A stretch of 64,000 bases of DNA from a virus (Duplodnaviria > Caudoviricetes): positions 750 to 64,749 of IMG/VR virus record IMGVR_UViG_3300002900_000020; one strand, written 5' to 3'. The position numbers were made by a program, and so were the translations under genes. Shown here piece by piece: positions 1-8,697 of this stretch. The notes below the pieces were generated by a model. It had not been told where the DNA came from. It ran no database searches and saw only the letters and a list, made by a program, of their open reading frames with translations. Each line of letters begins with the position of its first letter. Within the stretch, counting starts at the first letter, position 1.

Positions 1-88
1 ATTGATATTCGGTTTGTTGAACCGTATAAAATATGGTTTTTGCCAAACATTATTATAGTATTGATTCAGGATAAAACTACGTTGTGTA

Positions 89-1300
89 CTACGGAACCAA
101 CTCCAATTGAGGAACCGAAACTACGGATTTATTTTCCTCTCTTGGCTGCTCCCTGTGTTTCTTAGGCAGCAGCTTCTTGGCCTGGTCTACCGGCAGGAAC
201 ATGACCTGTACCTCCCTTTCCCGGTCAAATTGGAAGATGCCGCGGCCCTTAATCCTGGGCAGGTGTGCAGCCTTCCCGTTATCCAGGATTATATCGCTAT
301 TGACCGTGTTCTTGACTCTAAAACAGATAGTCGCAGGGATGTTAGCCTTTAGCTGACCGGGTAGAATCTGTGCGTCCGGACGCTGGGTACCCACCACGCA
401 GTGGATCCCAACGCACCTGGCCAGGGTCATCAAGTCTACCATCATGGAATGAAGATAAGTCTTAATTTCCTTCTCTGTCTTCGATTTCGCCAGTACAGGT
501 GACAGCTGGCTAAACTCATCAACTACCAGGACGATATAATCCAGGTCATCGCCCTGATAGTCCTGAATCTTAACCACTCCGGCCCGGTCAAGCATCTCCA
601 ACCTGCGGTGCAGTTCCCCCACCAGGCATTCCAGAATCTGAACAGCCTTCTCAAGAGTGAAAGCATAAGTGGCATGGCGGCTCAAATAAGAGAATTCTAG
701 ACGCTTCATATCGATGATATACAGTTTACATTTCCCCAGGATGGCCGCAATCATCTGATGCAGGAAATTAGACTTACCGCCCATGGTCTCACCGGCCACT
801 ACCATATGAGGAAATTCTGTCAGATCCACGATTTCCAACCCGGCCCGAGAATAGCCGATAGGGATCGGTAAGACCATCTCCCTAGTTAGTTCATCCCAAT
901 TATCCGGAAGAGCGAAAGGAACGGTTCTTGGCAGCTTCCGGTCAAACACTCTAATCAACACCTTTCCATTAACTTCTTCCAGTTCAATCTCAGCGTTCAG
1001 GGCAAAACCTATCTTTCCCCGCTTTCTACGGAAATCACTCAGATCCAACCCGGCTGGAACGTGGAGCAGAATATCTCTGCCATAATGCCGCGGAGTCTCT
1101 TTCATCAGCCAAGGCTTAAGCGGCTTTTCCCCGGTCCGTCTAACAATGAGACCACAGTTCTCCCATATAGGGTCTAACTTCCTGGCCGGCTCTTTGGGAC
1201 GAAACACCCGGTAGGTATCGACTAAAACCTTGGCAAACAGGTCGATTGCGGTGGCCAGCTCCTTGCCTTTTTTGATGCTTATATCCTCCAAAGCGTTCAC
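89..1300 (-). CDS. FtsK/SpoIIIE-family ATPase
   Basis: Walker A GETMGGKS, Walker B VLVVDEF, GTQRPDA motif; AAGGAGG RBS before the GTG start. Confidence 0.9.
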   Translation of the reverse strand: MNALEDISIKKGKELATAIDLFAKVLVDTYRVFRPKEPARKLDPIWENCGLIVRRTGEKPLKPWLMKETPRHYGRDILLHVPAGLDLSDFRRKRGKIGFALNAEIELEEVNGKVLIRVFDRKLPRTVPFALPDNWDELTREMVLPIPIGYSRAGLEIVDLTEFPHMVVAGETMGGKSNFLHQMIAAILGKCKLYIIDMKRLEFSYLSRHATYAFTLEKAVQILECLVGELHRRLEMLDRAGVVKIQDYQGDDLDYIVLVVDEFSQLSPVLAKSKTEKEIKTYLHSMMVDLMTLARCVGIHCVVGTQRPDAQILPGQLKANIPATICFRVKNTVNSDIILDNGKAAHLPRIKGRGIFQFDREREVQVMFLPVDQAKKLLPKKHREQPREENKSVVSVPQLELVP

Positions 1301-1340
1301 CTCCTTTCGTAGTGTTCAACGGGTAATTCGTTGTGTTAAA

Positions 1341-1370
1341 TGATTATGCTACCCAGCAAATATTAATGCC
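1341..1370 (-). promoter_or_regulatory. Possible sporulation-sigma (E/G-like) promoter of the FtsK gene
   Basis: Minus strand reads GCATT-N16-CATAATCA upstream of the RBS. Confidence 0.3.
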
Positions 1371-1400
1371 TGTCCACCATTTCTGTTACTTTTTAGGGCA

Positions 1401-1430
1401 TAAAAAAAGACCCCTCGTTGGGGGTTTTAT
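1401..1430 (-). terminator. Rho-independent terminator
   Basis: Minus strand AAAACCCCC-AACG-AGGGGTC followed by a T run, right after the 1430 stop. Confidence 0.7.
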
Positions 1431-1693
1431 TACTTACTGGCATCGTCTATAACTTCCATCAAATCCTGGAGGTTAATCGCCCGGTCAGGGAACAGCTTTT
1501 TAAGGTTCTCCCAAACCCGGTAATAAGTCTGGATGAGCGGCTCCTTATGATGGTTCTTGTAGTTACTATACAAACCGGCATCCAATCCTAAAAGTGCCGC
1601 CCATTCTTCACGTTCAACTATGCGGCCTGCTTTGGCAGAATACTGGGCTCGCCAGTATTCGAAACGGTTTACAAGTTTTGTTCCAACTTTCAT
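1430..1693 (-). CDS. Putative XRE-like helix-turn-helix protein
   Basis: 87 aa; EEWAALLGLDAGLYSNYKN resembles an HTH; translationally coupled to the upstream ORF. Confidence 0.6.
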   Translation of the reverse strand: MKVGTKLVNRFEYWRAQYSAKAGRIVEREEWAALLGLDAGLYSNYKNHHKEPLIQTYYRVWENLKKLFPDRAINLQDLMEVIDDASK

Positions 1694-1905
1694 TTAACCA
1701 CCTTTAAGTAACTGTATTTCTCCCGGTCACCGGGTCTTAGGTAAATCGTATACTTATCAAACAACCTAATCAACCTCATGATGGGTAAATCAGTGGCCGC
1801 TGCTATATCTGGCAGTTCCATCTCTTTGTCATAGTACATCTTGATGAGCGCCATTCGCTGCAGGTATTCGTCAAGGGTTGGAAGATCCTTCGGGTTGAAA
1901 TACAT
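1690..1905 (-). CDS. Small hypothetical protein, HTH-like (71 aa; start MYFNPK)
   Basis: AGAGGTG RBS before the ATG at 1905; ELPDIAAATDLP segment. Confidence 0.6.
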   Translation of the reverse strand: MYFNPKDLPTLDEYLQRMALIKMYYDKEMELPDIAAATDLPIMRLIRLFDKYTIYLRPGDREKYSYLKVVK

Positions 1906-1981
1906 GGCTATCACCTCTGCCCCTAGTTTATCATACAGGGGTAAAATTAAAAAGCCTGGCTTAGCCAGGCTCCTTCCTTGA

Positions 1982-2116
1982 TCAGATCCGTTTAGCAAGT
2001 AAACTAATACCTAAGCTTGCCCTAATTAAGACCCACAGCCACCAGGGCATACTGCCAAAAACAAGCTTAGCCACCCAACCTGCATAATGAATAATTGCAT
2101 TAAATATCCATATCAA
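1982..2116 (-). CDS. Possible 44-aa membrane peptide
   Basis: TTG-start frame MIWIFNAIIHYAGWVAKLVFGSMPWWLWVLIRASLGISLLAKRI; AGGGGG upstream with long spacing. Confidence 0.3.
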   Translation of the reverse strand: MIWIFNAIIHYAGWVAKLVFGSMPWWLWVLIRASLGISLLAKRI

Positions 2117-2174
2117 AACTCAAGGTAATCCCCCTAAATAGGCTTTTTCCTGAAAACAACCACAAGCTTTCTAT

Positions 2175-2654
2175 TTAATTTTTTATGGCTAAAACAACCA
2201 TTTTTTCCAAAACCCATATACAACGCAGGATTCGAAAAAGAGAAATTAAGGCTCCCCAAAACACAATAAACCCATACCAAAGTTGTGGCGCTTGATCTCT
2301 ATCAATAAGTAAACCCAATAGAGAAACCACAGCCGTAAAGGCCAAATATCGGCTGGCACTTGCAAAAACATCAAAAATTGTTCGGTAATGCTTACTCTGC
2401 TTTAATACAGCAATTGCCGGAGATTCCTTCATAGTAAATAATATCGAAATTCCGGTGATTACAAATCCTAGTAAGGCCCCGGTCGTTCCAGCAATCGTCC
2501 CGTAAAGCTGTAGTCTGATTCCATTTAGTCCTGTTGTAACTTTGCCGTCCAGCGCATAGTTGTAGACGTAGAATAAGGTAAACCCCACGACAAAAAGTGA
2601 GAGAATAAATTCATATCTAAGAAAGTTTCGTTCCCACCATTTCAAGTTAGTCAC
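2175..2654 (-). CDS. Four-transmembrane-helix protein, partner of the DUF6731-like gene
   Basis: Four hydrophobic segments in 159 aa; starts 1 nt after the upstream stop. Confidence 0.8.
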   Translation of the reverse strand: MTNLKWWERNFLRYEFILSLFVVGFTLFYVYNYALDGKVTTGLNGIRLQLYGTIAGTTGALLGFVITGISILFTMKESPAIAVLKQSKHYRTIFDVFASASRYLAFTAVVSLLGLLIDRDQAPQLWYGFIVFWGALISLFRILRCIWVLEKMVVLAIKN

Positions 2655-2655
2655 C

Positions 2656-3591
2656 TCACTTACTAATAGTTATCTGCTCCTCCAGTTCATGGTATGCTTG
2701 CTTTATTGCTTTATACATACTGGTTGTATCTATTGCCCTACTCCGAGGGCCCGTCCGTGCAACTTGCATACTAATTATCATTTTGTCGGCTAATAAATCA
2801 AAGTTTTCCACCTGTTCGGATTGCAGGTTTTCGGCTCGAACTTTTAATTTTTTGAATAGTTCTCGTGTTTCATTTCTCCTTAATACCCCAAGTAATCGGT
2901 CGAAATTTAATGGAAAACTAAAACCTTCTTTGCTATAACGTTTTTTTCTTAAAATTATTTCTATGGTCTCTGCTTCTGATGCCCTACCGGCAGCTTCAAA
3001 AGCAGAACCTAAATTATCGTCTAAATCTTTTATGATGCTAATTGCATTGTTATGAGCTTCGAGTTGGATCAAGGCAACTTCTCCAATTCGCTCTAATTGC
3101 TCTTCAACATCAAGGCGTAAAATTGGTGTTAAGTTTATTAAGTTGGCTAATCCGTTAGACTTCTTTTGTAAATAATCTGCTATACGGGACGGTCTTGGAC
3201 CGAAAAAATTAAATTCTATACCAATAACTTTTTGTTGGGGATAATAGACGAAATGAGTTACTTCAGCGAGTCCGGCTTCAGTAGGAATGGTTAGGGGTGC
3301 TAGAACTCCTTGTTGTTCTACATCCGGAAGAAGCGCCCTACGGACAATAGCCATTCTCCCATCAATCGTCGGACCAATCTCATCAACGAACATGGCTAGG
3401 TCGTTTCCATCATAGGGTAAATATCTTGAATTATAATCACCCAGCGTAAAAGGTAATCCGTTAATACTCGAGAATATTTCTCTAGCAATTCCCTCTTGAA
3501 CTTGGACAGGTCTTAATGTATTCGATTCAACATCAAGTACCTGCATGCCTAATCTAAAAAATTGAACTTTTCGATAAACATTACCAGCCAT
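2656..3591 (-). CDS. DUF6731/DUF4747-like protein
   Basis: EVTHFVYYPQQKVIGIEFNFFGPRPSRI and ENFDLLADKM-type motifs recalled for this family; AT-richer than the flanks. Confidence 0.6.
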   Translation of the reverse strand: MAGNVYRKVQFFRLGMQVLDVESNTLRPVQVQEGIAREIFSSINGLPFTLGDYNSRYLPYDGNDLAMFVDEIGPTIDGRMAIVRRALLPDVEQQGVLAPLTIPTEAGLAEVTHFVYYPQQKVIGIEFNFFGPRPSRIADYLQKKSNGLANLINLTPILRLDVEEQLERIGEVALIQLEAHNNAISIIKDLDDNLGSAFEAAGRASEAETIEIILRKKRYSKEGFSFPLNFDRLLGVLRRNETRELFKKLKVRAENLQSEQVENFDLLADKMIISMQVARTGPRSRAIDTTSMYKAIKQAYHELEEQITISK

Positions 3592-3624
3592 CCCTGCGAC
3601 CCCCTATTTCATTTTATCTCTCCT

Positions 3625-3651
3625 TTTCCATAAAATTCTCTGTATTCCTTC
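3625..3651 (-). promoter_or_regulatory. SigmaH-like promoter of the DUF6731-like operon
   Basis: GAAGGA-N14-ATGGAAA upstream of the RBS. Confidence 0.45.
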
Positions 3652-3720
3652 TTTTCGGCATAACGTTACACAATTTGTCATAAAGCGACACTGACCAACC
3701 TCCTCAACCATGGCTGGTCA

Positions 3721-3954
3721 GTGTACTTCTTATGTTTATCTTCTTTCTTAAATTTTCACCTTAAACCCGGGAATCTGATTCTGCAGCAAACCCTGGGCCC
3801 CTTAAACGGGGCTCTATACACTCCGATACGAGGGGATACTCTATTTTCTATTGCGCGACGCCATGGCACTACGGTAAATAAAATTTTGGAGTTAAATCCG
3901 CAAATTCGTAATCCAAATCTAATTTTCCCTGGTCAGGTTATAAGACTTCCGTAA
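3721..3954 (+). pseudogene. Isolated LysM domain, probably a gene fragment
   Basis: GDTLFSIARRHGTTVNKILELNPQIRNPNLIFPGQVIRLP is a LysM; no RBS or signal peptide at the GTG start. Confidence 0.55.
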
Positions 3955-3963
3955 AGATCTCAA

Positions 3964-3992
3964 AAAGGCCTACTATCGAATAGTAGGCCTTT
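3964..3992. terminator. Bidirectional terminator between the LysM ORF and the holin
   Basis: 13-bp arms AAAGGCCTACTAT / ATAGTAGGCCTTT. Confidence 0.75.
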
Positions 3993-4001
3993 CCCCCTTT
4001 C

Positions 4002-4313
4002 TTACACTGTGCCCCTGGTCTTAAAGCTCTCAGTGTCTCCCCCCAGTTCCCGCTTCCTATTAACAGCAAAAATCACATTGGGGCCGAAAGCCACCAGCAC
4101 ACCAGTGAGCGCAAAATCTACATACTCACCATAGCTGAAAGCCGGAACCATCCCAAAAGCCGTTAACAGGCCTTGCTTATATACAACCGCCAAGACCATG
4201 CCTATGATAATGCTTGCAATTCGGGTCCTTTTGTCGGTCACTGCAGTTTTGAACTGCTGAGTCAGAACCGCTATCACGGTGGCCAAGATCAGAATTTGGT
4301 CAAACTTTTCCAT
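4002..4313 (-). CDS. Putative holin
   Basis: 103 aa with 2-3 hydrophobic helices, directly downstream of the endolysin. Confidence 0.65.
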   Translation of the reverse strand: MEKFDQILILATVIAVLTQQFKTAVTDKRTRIASIIIGMVLAVVYKQGLLTAFGMVPAFSYGEYVDFALTGVLVAFGPNVIFAVNRKRELGGDTESFKTRGTV

Positions 4314-4350
4314 GGGTTAATCCACTCTCCTTTGATTAAAAATAATTCTG

Positions 4351-4427
4351 GGCCCAGGTAACGAGATTCAAACCTCAAATTCCCAAGCGCTTGGGAATTT
4401 ATCCTTGGTTGATGACCTGCCTGGGCC
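4351..4427 (-). other. Structured intergenic element between endolysin and holin
   Basis: Closing stem GGCCCAGG/CCTGGGCC and a perfect 24-bp palindrome AAATTCCCAAGCGCTTGGGAATTT at 4377-4400. Confidence 0.5.
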
Positions 4428-4431
4428 ACGG

Positions 4432-5223
4432 TTAAATTGACTCACCTTTCTTATAACGCACAACGGCTTTAACAATAGCGTCAGCTATTAACTCTTGGTA
4501 CCCCGGGTTATTCAGCTTTGCCTCTTCACTCGGATTGCTTATAAAGCCCAGTTCCGATAAAACGGCAGGCATATCCGTACCATTCAAGACCGCCAAATCG
4601 GTCCTAGGTTTAACCCCCCGGTTCGGTGCTCCCGTGGCTTTAACCAGTTCCTGTTGCACCAGCTGGGCCAGGCGCAACCCGTTTTTACTGGCAGGGTTGT
4701 AGAGAGTTTCAGATCCTTTCGCTACGGCCGGACCAAAATTACAATGAAGGCTAATAAACACATCAGCCCCGAAGTTATTAGCAATATTACACCGTTGCCC
4801 CAAGGAAGGATACCAGTCCCTTGACCGGGTTAGGGTAATCCTGGCCCCCTTAGCGGCCAGTTTCTTCTCAAGTAATAACCCTACCGACAGATTGATATCC
4901 TCTTCCTCGGTATAGATGGGGTCGTCATTCTTCCCGTCCACTGCCCCAGGATCCTTTCCTCCATGGCCAGGGTCAATGCAGACACTAAACCCTTGCAACT
5001 CTTTGGAAGCGGCCAATAGCTCCCGTATTTTCACCTGAGTCCTTGGCCCAACCACCCCATCCACGGCCAGGCCATACTTCTGCTGGAACTTAAAAACGGC
5101 CTCCTCGGTTCTCATCCCGAAAATGCCGTCTACACCTCCTGGGTCAAAGCCCAGGACCTTCAGGTTCTGCTGGAGTTCTTTCACGTCAACTCCCCGAGAC
5201 CCTCGTGCTAACATATATATCAC
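4432..5223 (-). CDS. Endolysin: peptidoglycan-binding domain plus N-acetylmuramoyl-L-alanine amidase (Amidase_3)
   Basis: GVDGIFG...FQQKYGLAVDGVVG binding motif; IDPGHGG, FISLH, VLSELGFISN amidase motifs. Confidence 0.95.
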   Translation of the reverse strand: MIYMLARGSRGVDVKELQQNLKVLGFDPGGVDGIFGMRTEEAVFKFQQKYGLAVDGVVGPRTQVKIRELLAASKELQGFSVCIDPGHGGKDPGAVDGKNDDPIYTEEEDINLSVGLLLEKKLAAKGARITLTRSRDWYPSLGQRCNIANNFGADVFISLHCNFGPAVAKGSETLYNPASKNGLRLAQLVQQELVKATGAPNRGVKPRTDLAVLNGTDMPAVLSELGFISNPSEEAKLNNPGYQELIADAIVKAVVRYKKGESI

Positions 5224-5230
5224 ACCTCTC

Positions 5231-5482
5231 TTAAGTAGTCCACAGTTTAATTCCTACGAGGCCAGCTACAATGGTCATTAGAGCAAAGATTAGTTTCCAA
5301 GTATTACTCAGAAACCCGGTCATACTGACCATCATCATGTTGATCTGAGTCTTAACCTCAACAATGTCCTTGTGAATTTGCTTGAAGTCATCACTCCCCT
5401 CTTCTAGCCGCTTTTCTATTTCTCCAATCTTTACCCATAAAGATTTGATTTGTTCCACTATCTTATCGTTTGACCATACCAT
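5231..5482 (-). CDS. XhlA-like lysis protein (coiled coil plus C-terminal TM)
   Basis: Coiled coil then WKLIFALMTIVAGLVGIKLW; position in the lysis cassette. Confidence 0.65.
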   Translation of the reverse strand: MVWSNDKIVEQIKSLWVKIGEIEKRLEEGSDDFKQIHKDIVEVKTQINMMMVSMTGFLSNTWKLIFALMTIVAGLVGIKLWTT

Positions 5483-5508
5483 CCTCTGGCCCCCTTTCAT
5501 ATTAAAAA

Positions 5509-5535
5509 GCAGGAATATCTTGCCAAGTGTAGAAT
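5509..5535 (+). promoter_or_regulatory. SigmaH-type promoter of the secreted moron gene
   Basis: GCAGGA-N14-GTAGAAT, near-perfect match to the B. subtilis sigmaH consensus (spoVG type). Confidence 0.65.
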
Positions 5536-5584
5536 AAAACTCTTAACAACCGTAAATTATATTGGTTGAAAGGAGTCGATACTG

Positions 5585-6145
5585 ATGAAAAAATATCTTG
5601 CTGGTCTAATTACCGGCCTAATCCTGGCCACCACCTCCTTTGCCTTTGCCGCCAACCCCATAAAGCTAATTGTAGGAGGCAAAGAAATTCAATCTGATGT
5701 ACCGCCCCAGGTAATCAACGGCCGCACCATGGTCCCGGCCCGGTTCCTGGCGGAGTCGCTGGGGGCTAAGGTAGAATGGGATGCGGCGAATAATGCTGTG
5801 GTTGTGACACCTGGGGGGTTGATTAATGATGCCCCGACAGTTCCCACGGATTTGCCGCCGGTCGGAAGCGGTGGAACATCAAGTTCAAGTACAAATGACG
5901 CTCAAGGTGATTGGATTAGCCTTCGAGAATTAACTGATAAATATGGTGTTGATGTTAGGATGGGAGATAAATTCACTCTCAAAAAGGCAGATAAAACGAT
6001 CGAATTTTCCGCACCTAAAGCATCATCTAATGGTGGGGTTCAAATAATTCAGGTTACACCCGAATTGAAGGCTAAGATAGACAAAGGCAGGTTTTACCTT
6101 TCGCTGCAGGAATTGAAGAATATAGGATTTTTACCAAACCAGTAA
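5585..6145 (+). CDS. Secreted protein with copper-amine-oxidase N-terminal (stalk) domain; moron
   Basis: Signal peptide ending AFA; INGRTMVPARFLAESLGAKVEWD; GAAAGGAG RBS. Confidence 0.9.
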   Translation: MKKYLAGLITGLILATTSFAFAANPIKLIVGGKEIQSDVPPQVINGRTMVPARFLAESLGAKVEWDAANNAVVVTPGGLINDAPTVPTDLPPVGSGGTSSSSTNDAQGDWISLRELTDKYGVDVRMGDKFTLKKADKTIEFSAPKASSNGGVQIIQVTPELKAKIDKGRFYLSLQELKNIGFLPNQ

Positions 6146-6173
6146 CAGGGACTTTTAAAGTCCCTGTTTTTTT
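6144..6173. terminator. Bidirectional terminator
   Basis: AACAGGGACTT / AAGTCCCTGTT followed by a T run. Confidence 0.8.
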
Positions 6174-6174
6174 G

Positions 6175-6420
6175 TTAAGGGTTAGCAGGCGGTGGTGCCA
6201 AAGTAGCTATGAATTTTTCCAGTTCCGTTTTTTCAGCTTGCAAATTAGTCAATACTTCTTGGGCTGCAGTAATTTGACTTTGTGCCCGTTGAATCTCTCT
6301 ATTAATTCGTTCAAGAACCAGGGTTGCTTCATCATAATTTGAAATTAAAAATTCTTGTACCCTTGTTAAAACGAGATTGCCATTCCGCTTTAAAGCTTTA
6401 CTAATAATGTTTGGCCTCAA
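6175..6420 (-). CDS. Small coiled-coil protein at the end of the tail module
   Basis: 81 aa with heptad pattern; AGGAGG RBS. Confidence 0.65.
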   Translation of the reverse strand: MRPNIISKALKRNGNLVLTRVQEFLISNYDEATLVLERINREIQRAQSQITAAQEVLTNLQAEKTELEKFIATLAPPPANP

Positions 6421-6436
6421 CTTTTGCCCTCCTTTC

Positions 6437-8683
6437 CTAAACTCCCATTAATGCTTGAACAAATACAGCAGCATCAACGCGGCCTAAACCGTCTGTGTTG
6501 CTGGTATCCGTTCCAGGCGTTATCTCTATTATATTCCATTGTCCGACATTCATTTTGGAAGCTATATCAATGGCACTTTGATCAGTTGCATAAGTTCCAC
6601 CTACCTGGACACCATTGACCTTCACTGTCACATTGGGTGGAGTTTGACCAGTATAAATGCCAAAGCCAATCACATGGGTATGTCCAGGAACAGTCACTGT
6701 AACGGTATGACTATGAGAAGGGATTGTTATATCGTGTCGATGATGAGCATCTATCGTATGTGAATGACCGCCGGCTGCCCCCATGTTCCTGTAATCATGG
6801 TAATGGTCGCTCCCGGCAATAGTAGGAATAGTCCAAGAAGTGCTTCCACTATGGGCGTGGTCGCCCTCCCAGGACATAGCATCAGGCACAAACGCTGAAT
6901 ATAAATTATAGACATCATCGGAACTAGTCTGCGTCGTCCCCCCGCCACTACTGGAAGTCTGCGTGCTAGTCGTATCGCTCGCACTTGAAATCGCCTTTTC
7001 ATATGCCCGAAATGCCAGCAGCCTAAACCTCATTAATGCCTTTTTAATACTCTTGGTTTCTGCCGGCAAATAAACATAAAGCCGTAAAGGATTATCCTTA
7101 TCCACATTATCGGCCCGACCATCCTGCCAGGTTTGGAGAATTCCATCCTCATCCAGAACCACAGTCTGGCCATCCTTGGCAATTACCTGCAGCCCAAACT
7201 TCCCAGTCGCATACTGCCCGGCATGGAGCCTCTTCTTAGGGTTTGGAGTGCTATTGTCATAGACATGCAGCCCGTCTGCCATTAGCTTGGTATAACCATC
7301 CTCGGTGGCCAGGGCATAGAGTGCATTGACAATGATCTTGCTGGCCATGATACCCCGGGCGCTCACCGCAGTATCATATTCGTTTCCGTTGGGATCCTTC
7401 AACAACATTCCCTGGGGAGTCAACACAATCTCACCGCCGGTGGGGTTACCGGCCTGATCGGTCTCAATAATCTTAAACCCGTTATCTGTCCACTGAATCT
7501 TCCCGTTGCTCCCCAGAATCTGAGTGGCTTCTCCCACCAGCAGCCCCTTCAGCAGATTCTTTAACCCCGGGTTAGGCGCCACCTGCTCATTAACAATTCG
7601 CTGGGCCACATCCATAGATGCCAACTTCTCGGCCCAATTCTCCAGGGGGTCTCCTATCTCCAGTTCAGCCTGCTCCCGCTCAAAGAAGTTGTACCGGTTC
7701 TTAATCACCATCTGCTTAACATCGATGGCCAGGAACTCCTCATCATAAATGGTAACTACATCCCCAACCCCGAAAACCTCTCCTTCGTAGCCGGTCACAT
7801 ACCGGAGGTCCACCATTTTCACCTGGTAGTTGACCTTCGGCCGGGAGGTTTTAGCCACTTCTTTCAGGGCCGCATCCTTCAGTTCCTGCGGATCCTCGAT
7901 ATCCTGCCTGTCGTAGTTGCCCTCCTTTATGGCCCAAGACGGGACAGGGTCGGTAGGAAGTAGTTTTAGCTTTTCCCGGATATAGGTGAAATCCTCAACA
8001 TAAATCACGTTGTTATTGACGCTGCGGATATCCAGATGGTCTTTGCCGTAGGGGATAAGGCGGTTCACTATATTCGTATCAGTTTCCCGCTTGATGCTTT
8101 TCAAGTTCTTACCGTACCTGATATGAACCGGCCTCTCAATACCTGGGTTGACCACCAGGAAGACGGTTTTCTGGAGGCTGTTAAATTTCAGGTATCCGCC
8201 CCATATTTTTTGGACCTCCCAAAGGTTAGCCAGGCAGGAGAGTTTTTCTGTTTCTAAGTCGTGGGTACCCAGAACATCTACAGTACCGACTGTCCACCCG
8301 GTTGGAGCCAGCAATTGAGTCAGGACGGTAAAAGCATCGGCCCTTAGAATTTCTACGGTAATATACGGGGTATAGATGCCGCCTAACTCAATATAACTCT
8401 CCTCAAATTGAACGTTAGACAGCAGCTTACCACTATCATCCCGCTCCTCTTCCTTGCCGACTAGAACAAACTCATGGCCATCAGCAATTATGCTGTACTT
8501 ATCATCAATAAATTCCCACTTGGACGAATTCATGGGCAGAATAAATTTCAAAGTCACCTGCCCATTAAGGTTTTCCTCTATCCAGCAATTCTTTATCCCG
8601 TCCGGGTCGGGAGAGATGAAGGCCACCGTACGACTGGTGGCCCTTTCTTTTACTTCTAATGCCTTTTTGCCTACATCGACCAA
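6437..8683 (-). CDS. Tail tip (Tal-like, Prophage_tail family) protein with C-terminal spike/fibre region
   Basis: IRYGKNLKSIKRE, NRLIPYGKD, KVNYQVKMVDL, GDVVTIYDEE motifs; His-rich HSH/HTH repeats near the C-terminus. Confidence 0.85.
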   Translation of the reverse strand: MVDVGKKALEVKERATSRTVAFISPDPDGIKNCWIEENLNGQVTLKFILPMNSSKWEFIDDKYSIIADGHEFVLVGKEEERDDSGKLLSNVQFEESYIELGGIYTPYITVEILRADAFTVLTQLLAPTGWTVGTVDVLGTHDLETEKLSCLANLWEVQKIWGGYLKFNSLQKTVFLVVNPGIERPVHIRYGKNLKSIKRETDTNIVNRLIPYGKDHLDIRSVNNNVIYVEDFTYIREKLKLLPTDPVPSWAIKEGNYDRQDIEDPQELKDAALKEVAKTSRPKVNYQVKMVDLRYVTGYEGEVFGVGDVVTIYDEEFLAIDVKQMVIKNRYNFFEREQAELEIGDPLENWAEKLASMDVAQRIVNEQVAPNPGLKNLLKGLLVGEATQILGSNGKIQWTDNGFKIIETDQAGNPTGGEIVLTPQGMLLKDPNGNEYDTAVSARGIMASKIIVNALYALATEDGYTKLMADGLHVYDNSTPNPKKRLHAGQYATGKFGLQVIAKDGQTVVLDEDGILQTWQDGRADNVDKDNPLRLYVYLPAETKSIKKALMRFRLLAFRAYEKAISSASDTTSTQTSSSGGGTTQTSSDDVYNLYSAFVPDAMSWEGDHAHSGSTSWTIPTIAGSDHYHDYRNMGAAGGHSHTIDAHHRHDITIPSHSHTVTVTVPGHTHVIGFGIYTGQTPPNVTVKVNGVQVGGTYATDQSAIDIASKMNVGQWNIIEITPGTDTSNTDGLGRVDAAVFVQALMGV

Positions 8684-8697
8684 ACCATCACCCCTCC

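Noticed and set aside
4351-4427. tRNA gene (77 nt, acceptor-like stem, T-loop-like segment)
   Set aside because: No U8, no D-loop GG, no 7-nt anticodon loop, T-like arm not adjacent to the acceptor strand, no CCA. Kept only as a structured element.
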